From Candidatus Bathyarchaeota archaeon (GTDB taxonomy: Archaea > Thermoproteota > Bathyarchaeia > Bathyarchaeales > Bathycorpusculaceae): a stretch of DNA of 64,000 nucleotides. The notes beneath the pieces are model-generated. The model did not search any database. It was not told the DNA's origin and saw nothing but the letters and a program-made list of their open reading frames with translations. The stretch lies in assembly GCA_963767735.1 (NCBI GenBank), contig CAVYES010000005.1, positions 352,001-416,000 of the forward strand, in the 5' to 3' direction. Below, piece by piece: positions 30,620 to 38,944 of the stretch. The position numbers and the translations under genes are program-made. Within the stretch, counting starts at the first letter, position 1; every line of letters begins with the position of its first letter.

Positions 30620-31219
30620 TCAGACTATGTCGATTGGTTCTCCCTTAGGCTTAGTTTCCGCTTCAGCCTTGGGAAGCACCACTTCTAAGACGCCGTTTTT
30701 GTAGCTTGATTTTGCTTCTTTAACCTTTACTTTAACTGGTAACTCAACTTCCTTGAAGTACTTGTTCTGAGCAGTATCAACCGAAATCGTCAGCGAATCT
30801 TCCGTGCCGTGAAGTTTTATGTCGCCTTTTTCTACACCCGGAAGCTCCGCAACCACGTGGATTTCACCGTTTGTTTCAACAATGTCAACCAGTGGCTCGC
30901 GTTCGTCTTTAACCTGGGGCGCACCTTTGAGGCCCTTTTTTATGTTTCCAAACTCCTGAATCTCAGGTTTGCCGTCTGGACCAATCTTCATGCTGTAACC
31001 ATAAACGAAGGGACCAAGCTCCTTAACTGTGCTGCCATCGGGAAGTTTCCGCTCTTTCACGTATTCTTTAGGCACTTTCTCAGTGAAATCTTTCAGCTCT
31101 TCATCCATCATCTTTTCCATTTCACGAAACATGTCATCTATGTCACCGAAAAACGGTTCTTTCGCCTTTCTCTTCTTTGACCATTCAGGGGAATCCTCAT
31201 TATCAGAAGACATATACAC
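30620..31219 (-). CDS. hsp20: Archaeal small heat-shock protein Hsp20
   Basis: GPFVYGYSMKIGPDGKPEIQEFGN, EPLVD, AELPGVEK, YKNGVLEV. Confidence 0.94.
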   Translation of the reverse strand: MYMSSDNEDSPEWSKKRKAKEPFFGDIDDMFREMEKMMDEELKDFTEKVPKEYVKERKLPDGSTVKELGPFVYGYSMKIGPDGKPEIQEFGNIKKGLKGAPQVKDEREPLVDIVETNGEIHVVAELPGVEKGDIKLHGTEDSLTISVDTAQNKYFKEVELPVKVKVKEAKSSYKNGVLEVVLPKAEAETKPKGEPIDIV

Positions 31220-31410
31220 TCACCACAATACCTTGCGTTTTCCGCTCCAATAAATTTTATGCAATGAAAACGCTTATTTCATGCTGCTGACAGGAGCTTT
31301 TCCATTATTTTTTAGTGAATGAGCCGCAAGCAAAACTTAATCGTGCCTTTAAAAGTTTAAATCACTGAAAATAAACTAAATGACAGCAGCTAGCAAAAAA
31401 GTCGCAATTT

Positions 31411-31545
31411 GCCGGGGTAGCCTAGCCTGGCTAGGGCGCCAGACTCATAATCTGGTAAAAACACACAATCCAGATGAGAAATCTGGAGACTTAGGGGCTA
31501 AACGTCCAAAGCCAGAGGTCGCGGGCTCGAATCCCGCTCCAGAAA
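31411..31545 (+). tRNA. tRNA-Met(CAT), elongator-like, with two introns (about 31450-31480 and 31489-31517); 3' acceptor strand does not pair, so possibly a pseudogene
   Basis: GCCGGGG 5' strand, D-arm, CCAGA-CTCATAA-TCTGG after splicing, BHB-like junctions; T-loop CTCGAAT; 3' strand TCCAGAA instead of CCCCGGC. Confidence 0.75.
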
Positions 31546-31728
31546 CAGAATTAACGTCTGTTTCGGCGAACGGCACCAATTCGAGCCTAACTACCCACAA
31601 AATCGGCAAACCAAGCAAATTGATAACACCATTGATAACAAAACCGCAAAAATTGCTCGACCGCAAAAGCTAACAGTCGAAGACAGGAAAAATTTATTTT
31701 TCGCAATCTTAAATGAAGGTAGACAGCC

Positions 31729-32554
31729 ATGACACAGAATGAAGACGAATTCTATAAATCCTTTAACGATTGGCTAATCAATGAAAAAAAGATAGGCTCT
31801 AAAGTCGCTTACGAATATGTGCGCTTGAGTCGGCAATTCATGGCTAAAGCTAAAGATTTGACTGGCATTGATGGTATAAACATCGAAGACAAAATAAACG
31901 ATTTTCTAAACATTGAAAACCCCAATAGCTACAGAAACAACTTAGCAGCGATAAAGAAACTTTTTGAATTTGTCGGACAGCCCCAGCTTATGCAGAATTT
32001 CAAATAAAAGGTAATCATGCCAACTTTCAGCATAAAAACACCCAGCTTGGAAGATATGGTAAAATTCGGCAAGGCAATTGAGAATGAACAGATTCACGTC
32101 TATTATATTCTTGGAGTAGTTAGCGCAATCCGTCCAGAGCACTTATTGAGATTAAGGGTAAAGCTGTTTGACAAAAACAACAACATGATTAATACATGGA
32201 TGAAAACTTTCGGCAAAAAAACTTTTTCTTCTCATTCTACACGGCAGAGACTAAAACATTGATTGAGGAATTCATAAGCCATATACCTGATAATCAAGTG
32301 CTTTTCCCGATTGGCAAACGCTATATTTGCAAAGAATCGAAAAGGCATCTAACAAAAGCGGTGTTAAAATCGTGCCTAAAATGATGCGTAAATTCACTAC
32401 TAACTGGTTTAGAAGGCATGGCATGATTGAGGAAGACGTTAACGTTATTACTGGTCACACTCCGCAATCAATCATAGCTAAATATTACATGGACGTTTCA
32501 CGCATTCATGAAGAATATGACCGAGCCACAACAGACTTGAAACTTCTTTCCTAA
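31729..32554 (+). pseudogene. Tyrosine recombinase/integrase, archaeal tRNA-targeting (SSV-like) type, disrupted
   Basis: Joined fragments contain SAIRPE, PKMMRKF, ITGHTP and AKYY catalytic motifs; in-frame TAA at 32005-32007 and two frameshifts. Confidence 0.85.
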
Positions 32555-32677
32555 TCTTTTCTTTTTTTAACCTATTTTTATGTTTAGCTTTCGATTGTAA
32601 CATTGTTGCTACATATTGAAACGACATAATCTATATACCATCCATGAGCTGTACTTTACGGTACGAGATAATCTAAA

Positions 32678-32818
32678 GTGGCTGAATGCCCTTATTGTCA
32701 TAAAGAAGTTTTAAAACCTCAAAAAACATTAGAGAATAGGGTTTTCCTAATCGAAGCCTATACGTGTAATGAATGCAAGGGCAAATTTAAGATAGCAAAA
32801 GAATTCACAATATGCTGA
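32678..32818 (+). CDS. 46-aa zinc-ribbon microprotein
   Basis: Manual translation MAECPYCHKEVLKPQKTLENRVFLIEAYTCNECKGKFKIAKEFTIC. Confidence 0.65.
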   Translation: MAECPYCHKEVLKPQKTLENRVFLIEAYTCNECKGKFKIAKEFTIC

Positions 32819-33502
32819 ACAGTTGATTAATTTCTATAAGTATTAACATCTTAAGGCTGGGCAATAGCCCAGCCAACTAAAGCCCATTTTATCACTTAAA
32901 AAATAGTGCGTTTCTCGCTTATAACGCGTGTCATGGAATCATAATACTTAATCATGGCTGTTCGCGCCTAAATCATTGATTTAACATGGTGTTATCAATC
33001 TCCAGATTCATCGATTTGAACGACTTAGCTAAATGATTAATTAATGCAAAGCGCGCAAAATTGGCGCGCAATTTGCAAAACAACTCCTCTGCTGGTTCAC
33101 ATTATCGACCAGCCAAACGCCAAAGCTCCGCCTCTTTGATAATTAGGGTAAAAAAATAAAGTGGTCTTTTTAGGCTATTGTTTTAGGCTGATTGCTGACA
33201 ATTGTGGCTAATTTTGCGCGAGCAGAGGTTTTTTCTTGAGGTAAGCAGCATAGAATCCACCCCGCAAACCAAAGCAAAATTACAAAAGGCAACACCAACT
33301 TTACGGGAAACCTGCTTTTACGATTTCGCGATAACATTTTTTTCCCTCAACTTCCTATGTGTATGCTTGCCCTTTTATATTGAATCTTAACAAAATATAT
33401 AGACTATAAAAATAGTCTGAATGAGCCGTTTAAGCGCCTTTTTGCGGTTTGGGTAAAAAATTTTTGTGGTAAAAAAATGAATGGTATTTTTTATTTTTAC
33501 AT

Positions 33503-33721
33503 TTGAATCGCCTTGAAGCTATGGCTATGCTGAAAGAATTAGTGGCTGGTAACTTGGTAAACCCCGATTATGTGAACATAGTACTAAGAGATGACAACAG
33601 TCATTACCAGATTCAAATTAAATGCGATTATAACAAGGAAGAGATAGAAGAGTACGAAAAAAAACAGTTGACTATAATGGTAGATAAAGAACGAAAATAT
33701 CTTGTCATTTATAGGCCGTAA
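33503..33721 (+). CDS. Small hypothetical protein
   Basis: 72-aa ORF with protein-like composition. Confidence 0.5.
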   Translation: MNRLEAMAMLKELVAGNLVNPDYVNIVLRDDNSHYQIQIKCDYNKEEIEEYEKKQLTIMVDKERKYLVIYRP

Positions 33722-34009
33722 ATATAGGCGGCAACGGTCTGATAATGTGCTTACAATTATAGATAGAGAGCTAGCCTTATGTCACCTAAAGGCTACACCA
33801 ACTTCAATTTTTTTATTATGAGCGGAAACACACGCCCGTGTCAAATAAAGAGAAACCCTGTCCAATTGAATAGGAAACATGGGCTTTTTGAATTCACACC
33901 ATAACATATATTTTTAATATGCAAGCTTGTTCGTTTAGAAATGGTGATTTAAACGGCTGCCGGTAACTGCATAAAAGCTACCCTTCGCTGGAAAGGGTCG
34001 TGATTTTTT

Positions 34010-34780
34010 ATGATTGACCAAAGCGCCGTTCTTTTATTTATTACAGTGGCGTTGGCTAGTGCGGTTGAAGCGACTGAGGCTTTGACCATTATTCTGGCTT
34101 CAGGTATTACTCGGGGTTGGCGTTCGACATTTGAAGGCTCATTACTTGCCATAGCTTGTTTGGCTGTGATTGTGGCGGTTGCTGGTACTGCACTGATTTA
34201 TTATGTTCCCCTTTATGCTCTGCGAGTCGTAGTGGGAACTCTTCTTCTTATCTTTGGGTTGCAGTGGCTCACAAAAGCCATACTGCGCCAAACAGGTTTC
34301 AAGGCTGCGCATGATGAACGAGACATATACAACAAAGAGGTAGCTTCTCTTTCCACGGGGAAAAAAGGGATTCTTCACGGGCAACGAGACTCTTTAGCTT
34401 TTGCCGTCAGCTTCAAAGGCGTGCTTTTAGAAGGCATGGAAGTCGTTATGATTGTTATCAGCTTTGGCTTAGCCAACGGAAGCCAAAATCAACTGGGAAC
34501 TGCCGCCCTCGCCGCCCTTTTCGCGGTTGCGGTTATGACGGCGATAGGCGTTGTGGTCGCGAAACCTCTGACTAAAGTACCTGAGAACTATATGAAGCTG
34601 GGTGTAGGTAACCTGCTAACTGTTTTTGGCCTCTTCTGGATGGGCGAAGGCGTCGGCGTCCAATGGCCCATGGGAGACATATTCATACTGGTACTTCTTG
34701 CCATAATATTTTTGGCAACATTGGGATTGGTTGCTTACTTCAAAAGAGTTCATGAAAGCCAAATGGAGACTAAGCCATAA
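34010..34780 (+). CDS. COG4280-type membrane protein (putative metal transporter, duplicated ExxE motifs)
   Basis: VEATEALTII and LLEGMEVVMIV in two internal repeats. Confidence 0.78.
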   Translation: MIDQSAVLLFITVALASAVEATEALTIILASGITRGWRSTFEGSLLAIACLAVIVAVAGTALIYYVPLYALRVVVGTLLLIFGLQWLTKAILRQTGFKAAHDERDIYNKEVASLSTGKKGILHGQRDSLAFAVSFKGVLLEGMEVVMIVISFGLANGSQNQLGTAALAALFAVAVMTAIGVVVAKPLTKVPENYMKLGVGNLLTVFGLFWMGEGVGVQWPMGDIFILVLLAIIFLATLGLVAYFKRVHESQMETKP

Positions 34781-35049
34781 TGCCCTCTGATAAAAGGTTG
34801 AAGCAACCTTGGAAAGCTATCAGAGCCTTTTTTGCCTTCTGGAAGGACTTTTTAGTCGGCGATTCTCCAGTGCTGGCTTTAGGCGTGTTAATCATCTTAG
34901 GTGTCGCTTACCTTTTCCGTGGCTCCTCCATCTTGGCGCCAGGAATCGCCATTGTTCTGGTACTGGTTTTGATTACATTTGCAGTATGGCAAAAAACTAA
35001 GACACGACGCCAAAGTCCAGTTAACGAAAAAAAGACTCAAATAACATAA
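34780..35049 (+). CDS. Small membrane protein coupled to the COG4280 gene
   Basis: AFFAFWKDFLVGD plus 2 TM helices; TAATG stop/start overlap. Confidence 0.7.
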   Translation: MPSDKRLKQPWKAIRAFFAFWKDFLVGDSPVLALGVLIILGVAYLFRGSSILAPGIAIVLVLVLITFAVWQKTKTRRQSPVNEKKTQIT

Positions 35050-35131
35050 ACTCTGCAGGTTAGTTTCGCAAAAAATCTGTCGCCTGTCAAGCTTATTAGG
35101 TACCTGCCACAGAAACTCCAATGGGGACATC

Positions 35132-35497
35132 ATGAAAGATTACGACAACTTCTTCCTTCCAAGCGGTGACCTCAAGAAGGGCAAAGAGTTCTACCAAGAC
35201 CTGTTAGGCTTGCAGGTTAAGTTTGATTTCTCAGACATGGGCATGATTGCCTTCAAAGTCGGCGACAACGAACCCGCCATTATCCTGAAAGACACAAGCA
35301 AGTTCCCAGAGACAAAGCCGACAATTTGGTTTGTCGTGGACAGCGTGCAGGAAGAGTACAAGCGGCTAAGCGCCAAAGGCTTGAAGTTCATGTCCAAGCC
35401 GTTCGAGATTCACACGGGCATGGCGGTTGAATTCGAAGACCCCTATGGCAACAGACTAGGACTAACAGATTACTCTAAAGGTTCCGCTAAAATCTAA
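35132..35497 (+). CDS. VOC/glyoxalase family protein
   Basis: DLKKGKEFYQDLLGL ... FEDPYGNRLGL. Confidence 0.88.
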   Translation: MKDYDNFFLPSGDLKKGKEFYQDLLGLQVKFDFSDMGMIAFKVGDNEPAIILKDTSKFPETKPTIWFVVDSVQEEYKRLSAKGLKFMSKPFEIHTGMAVEFEDPYGNRLGLTDYSKGSAKI

Positions 35498-35819
35498 TTC
35501 TGGATTAAAACAAGGCTGTCTAAAAATGGATGAAAAAAAGAAAACAAATTAAAAAAGAAATGGCACGGGCAAAAAACAAGTAAAAGCTTTCAAGTGGAAA
35601 AACAGCAATTTGGCTTTTGAGGGGCATGTCGGAGCTAATGTAGGTCAGTAATGGAGAGACATTCTTTAAAAAACATGCTAAAAAAAATTAAGAGCCTCTT
35701 AATCGGTAGGTATTGGTTAAGTCCTTGTTAACTGGTTACTCTTAAAATACGTCTATAGGCGAAAATACACCCTAGCCATAAAATCGTGGCTTTACCTCTG
35801 ACTGTTAAAGGCGAGAAGT

Positions 35820-36251
35820 GTGAACAATAAGTCAAAGGCAAATGTCGTTGTTATTTCATTTTTTATAGCATTTGCCGTATTAATTTTAATATCTATGGCT
35901 TTTTCGGGTGCGACCCCTGCGCCAGGGCCTGTAATACAAGAAAGCCTGAATCTTCAAGTTCAAGGGGTCTCACAAAATAGTAGTTACTGTAACGTCGCTT
36001 TATCGATACTTAATACGAGCCCCAGTTCGGTAAGATTGACGAAGATCCAAATGCATGGAACAAGCGTTGTGACCTTCATCAATGGCACAGAAATTATTGA
36101 TCCACGCCAAATGAGCTTCGGTCTTAAGAGCGGTGATACTCTCCAAGTCAATCTAATAGCTCCAATTGCTAACTACACACCAAATGCGACCGTGGGCATA
36201 ACAGTTTACACACCACAGGCACAATATTACGAAGAAACTAACTTGCCCTAG
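35820..36251 (+). CDS. Secreted or membrane-anchored hypothetical protein (possibly pilin-like)
   Basis: Basic N-terminus, hydrophobic helix, beta-rich domain with N-glycosylation sequons. Confidence 0.55.
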   Translation: MNNKSKANVVVISFFIAFAVLILISMAFSGATPAPGPVIQESLNLQVQGVSQNSSYCNVALSILNTSPSSVRLTKIQMHGTSVVTFINGTEIIDPRQMSFGLKSGDTLQVNLIAPIANYTPNATVGITVYTPQAQYYEETNLP

Positions 36252-36351
36252 CGCGTCTGTCTGCGAATATACACCAGGCAAAGCTCGCACAAGATACGAA
36301 GCCCCTTCACTCGCCTTGACCAATAGGCAAGGTTTTTACGTGCTCCTCCAC

Positions 36352-38013
36352 ATGGTAACTCGACGTGCCTTGCCCCAAAAAAACGCACCTTGGTTTAACT
36401 CGTGGCCCACCCAAGTGCCAAAACACATTGAGTTCCCACAGGTTCCTCTCCAAGAAATCCTTCACAAAAGCGCCAATGAATTTCCCCAAAAAACTTCAAT
36501 AGCTTATGGCGGGCGCGAAATCACTTATGCCCAGTTGGAGCTTCTTTCAAGCCAATTCGCTAATTCCCTTGTTAAGTTAGGCGTGAAAAAAGGCGATCGA
36601 GTTGCAATTTTTCTCCCCAATATTCCTCAGTTCATTATTGCCTATTTTGGAACGCTTGGAACAGGAGCGGTTGTAACGGCCATAAGCCCTCTGCATCGAG
36701 AGCGTGAAGTTGAGTATCAACTGAACGATTCAGGCTCGCAAACTATTGTGGCACTGGATTTGCTTTATCCAATTATATCTAAAGTTAAGGGAAAAACTAT
36801 GCTCAAAAACGTTATATTGACAGGCTTAGATGAGTTTTGCTATAAGAAAACCCGTCCTCCAGCAATTCCGAACACTTTTGCTTTTCAGGATTTATTAGAA
36901 AAAAACTCATGTGACTCACTAAACGTGCAGTTGAATCCGCGCGAAGACTTGGCAGTATTGCAGTACACGGGCGGCACCACTGGGATAGCTAAAGGCGCCA
37001 TGCTGACCCACACCAACCTAGTTTCTAACACGTTAGCCTTCGCCGCTTGGATACGGGGCACAACTGCCCAAGAAACCTTCCTGACAGCGCTGCCTCTCTT
37101 CCATATCTACGGCATGACAACAAGCATGACTGTGCCCATTAGCTTAGCGGCAAAAATGGTTCTTACGGCGAAGTTTGAGCCAGCTAAAGCCTTGGAAGCA
37201 ATCCAGACGCATAAGGTAACGGTTTTCTGTGGCGTCCCAACCATGTACTCGGCGCTGCTCTCCAACTCTGATCTCGGGAAATACGATTTAACCTCGATTC
37301 GCGTATGCATATCGGGCGCTTCACCGCTGCCGCCACAAATCCAAAAACAATTCATGCAAGTCACCGGCGGACTTTTGGCTGAAGGCTATGGGTTAACCGA
37401 GGCATCACCCGTTACCCACTGCAACCCCGTCGACAAGACAATGAAAACAGTGAAAGTTGGTTCAATCGGGTTGCCCCTGCCAGACACCGAAGCACGCATT
37501 GTTGATTTAGCGACGGGCGAAAAAACGTTGGCGCAAGGCGGAACTGGCGAGCTTGCCGTGAAAGGGCCACAAGTCATGAAGGGCTACTGGCAAAGACCCA
37601 AAGAAACCGCCGCTGTGCTGCGTGATGGGTGGCTTCTCACAGGCGACATTGCATACATGGACAAAGACGGCTACTTTTACATTACTGACCGCAAAAAAGA
37701 CCTCATAAAATACAAGGACTACAGCGTTTACCCACGCGAGCTCGAAGACATCTTCTACGAGCACCCAGCCATAAAACTCTGCGCAGTCGTCGGCAAACCA
37801 GATCCAGCAGCGGGCGAAGTTCCGAAAGCTTTTATAGTGCTAAAAGAAGGCACGGCTGCATCAGCAGAAGAAATCATGGCTTTCGTCAACAACAAAGTGG
37901 CACCCTACAAGGCAGTCCGCGAGATAGAGTTCAGAGCTGAGTTGCCTATTAGTTCAGCAGGTAAGGTTTTAAGGCGTCTGCTGCAAGAAGAAGAAAAAGA
38001 AAGAGCAAAATAA
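36352..38013 (+). CDS. Long-chain fatty acid-CoA ligase
   Basis: QYTGGTTGIAKG, EGYGLTEASP, TGDIA, DRKKD, AGKVLRR. Confidence 0.93.
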   Translation: MVTRRALPQKNAPWFNSWPTQVPKHIEFPQVPLQEILHKSANEFPQKTSIAYGGREITYAQLELLSSQFANSLVKLGVKKGDRVAIFLPNIPQFIIAYFGTLGTGAVVTAISPLHREREVEYQLNDSGSQTIVALDLLYPIISKVKGKTMLKNVILTGLDEFCYKKTRPPAIPNTFAFQDLLEKNSCDSLNVQLNPREDLAVLQYTGGTTGIAKGAMLTHTNLVSNTLAFAAWIRGTTAQETFLTALPLFHIYGMTTSMTVPISLAAKMVLTAKFEPAKALEAIQTHKVTVFCGVPTMYSALLSNSDLGKYDLTSIRVCISGASPLPPQIQKQFMQVTGGLLAEGYGLTEASPVTHCNPVDKTMKTVKVGSIGLPLPDTEARIVDLATGEKTLAQGGTGELAVKGPQVMKGYWQRPKETAAVLRDGWLLTGDIAYMDKDGYFYITDRKKDLIKYKDYSVYPRELEDIFYEHPAIKLCAVVGKPDPAAGEVPKAFIVLKEGTAASAEEIMAFVNNKVAPYKAVREIEFRAELPISSAGKVLRRLLQEEEKERAK

Positions 38014-38058
38014 GCAGAGCGTAACAGGATTTTGTTTAGTTACTTTCTCTTTTCGGTA

Positions 38059-38124
38059 GCCATAGCTCGGTGGTGCGGTGCCCATAGTAAGGTTATTGGA
38101 GGTCCAAATCCGCCGAAGGCTCCA
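38059..38124 (+). pseudogene. Degenerate tRNA relic (Thr-like)
   Basis: tagctcggtggt D-arm-like segment, tagtaa loop remnant, ggtccaaatcc T-arm-like segment, ggct-cca end. Confidence 0.5.
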
Positions 38125-38194
38125 TCTTCCTCTGTAACAAAAGCTTTCCCTGCTGCAAAAATGCATATATATGCATATGCACATAGAATTGTAT

Positions 38195-38425
38195 ATGACC
38201 AAGGTTATATCCCTCTCCAAAGAAGCATACCAGGTTCTAAAAGAATCAAAAAAACCCGGCGAGTCTTTTTCCGACGTTGTCCTAAGAATCGCAAAAAAGA
38301 AGAAAAAGAAGTCGCTGTTAGAGTTCTCGGGCAAATGGGCTGGCGATGATATTGATGAGGTTTTTGCCCAAGTATTGAAAGATAGAGAGCAAGCAACTTC
38401 TCGGAAGGTAGACTTTGATTCTTGA
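38195..38425 (+). CDS. vapB: VapB-type antitoxin (DUF217-like)
   Basis: MTKVISLSKEAYQVLKESKKPGESFSDVVLRI; overlaps the PIN gene; upstream palindrome tgcatatatatgca. Confidence 0.88.
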   Translation: MTKVISLSKEAYQVLKESKKPGESFSDVVLRIAKKKKKKSLLEFSGKWAGDDIDEVFAQVLKDREQATSRKVDFDS

Positions 38426-38804
38426 CACGAATGTACTGGTTGCTCTTCTAAAAGGAGAAGCCGACGCAGACAAAGCAATGCAAAACATAGATAAAAACGG
38501 CGAGCGAGCGGCCACCACAATGATTACGGTGTATGAACTTTTGAGGGGAGCATACATCTCTAATGAACTAGAAAAAAATTTGGCTGAGGTCCACGAACTG
38601 TTATCCAACATTGAGGTCTTAGATTTGACGGTGCAGGCATGCGAAGAAGCCTCAAAAATTCACCGCGACCTGAGGAAATCAGGTTACTTGATTGGCGAAT
38701 TCGACGTGCTTATAGCTGCAATCGCACGAGCAAATGCTGAACCAATAATGACGCGAGATGACCATTTCGCTCGCGTACAAGGAATAAACGTGGTTAAATG
38801 GTAG
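38415..38804 (+). CDS. vapC: VapC PIN-domain toxin
   Basis: ILDTNVL, TVYELLRG, FDVLIAAIA, TRDDHF. Confidence 0.92.
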   Translation: MILDTNVLVALLKGEADADKAMQNIDKNGERAATTMITVYELLRGAYISNELEKNLAEVHELLSNIEVLDLTVQACEEASKIHRDLRKSGYLIGEFDVLIAAIARANAEPIMTRDDHFARVQGINVVKW

Positions 38805-38827
38805 CAGCAAAGTTTTGCTTCAGTAAC

Positions 38828-38866
38828 TAGTAATGGTCGCGGTTCCAAATCCTGCCAAAGGCTCCA
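38828..38866 (+). repeat. Second tRNA-3'-like relic; direct repeat of 38104-38124
   Basis: ccaaatcctgccaaaggctcca vs ccaaatccgccgaaggctcca. Confidence 0.65.
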
Positions 38867-38944
38867 ATCTACTCTTCTTTTAGCTTTGGGAGTCGAAATG
38901 TATAAGAGAAAATTTATGTTTTGAAATAGCTACGGTTCCTGTCT

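Noticed and set aside
31380-31673. 97-aa ORF (…EVAGSNPAP…)
   Set aside because: It is a translation through the tRNA-Met gene; at most a vestige of a split integrase frame
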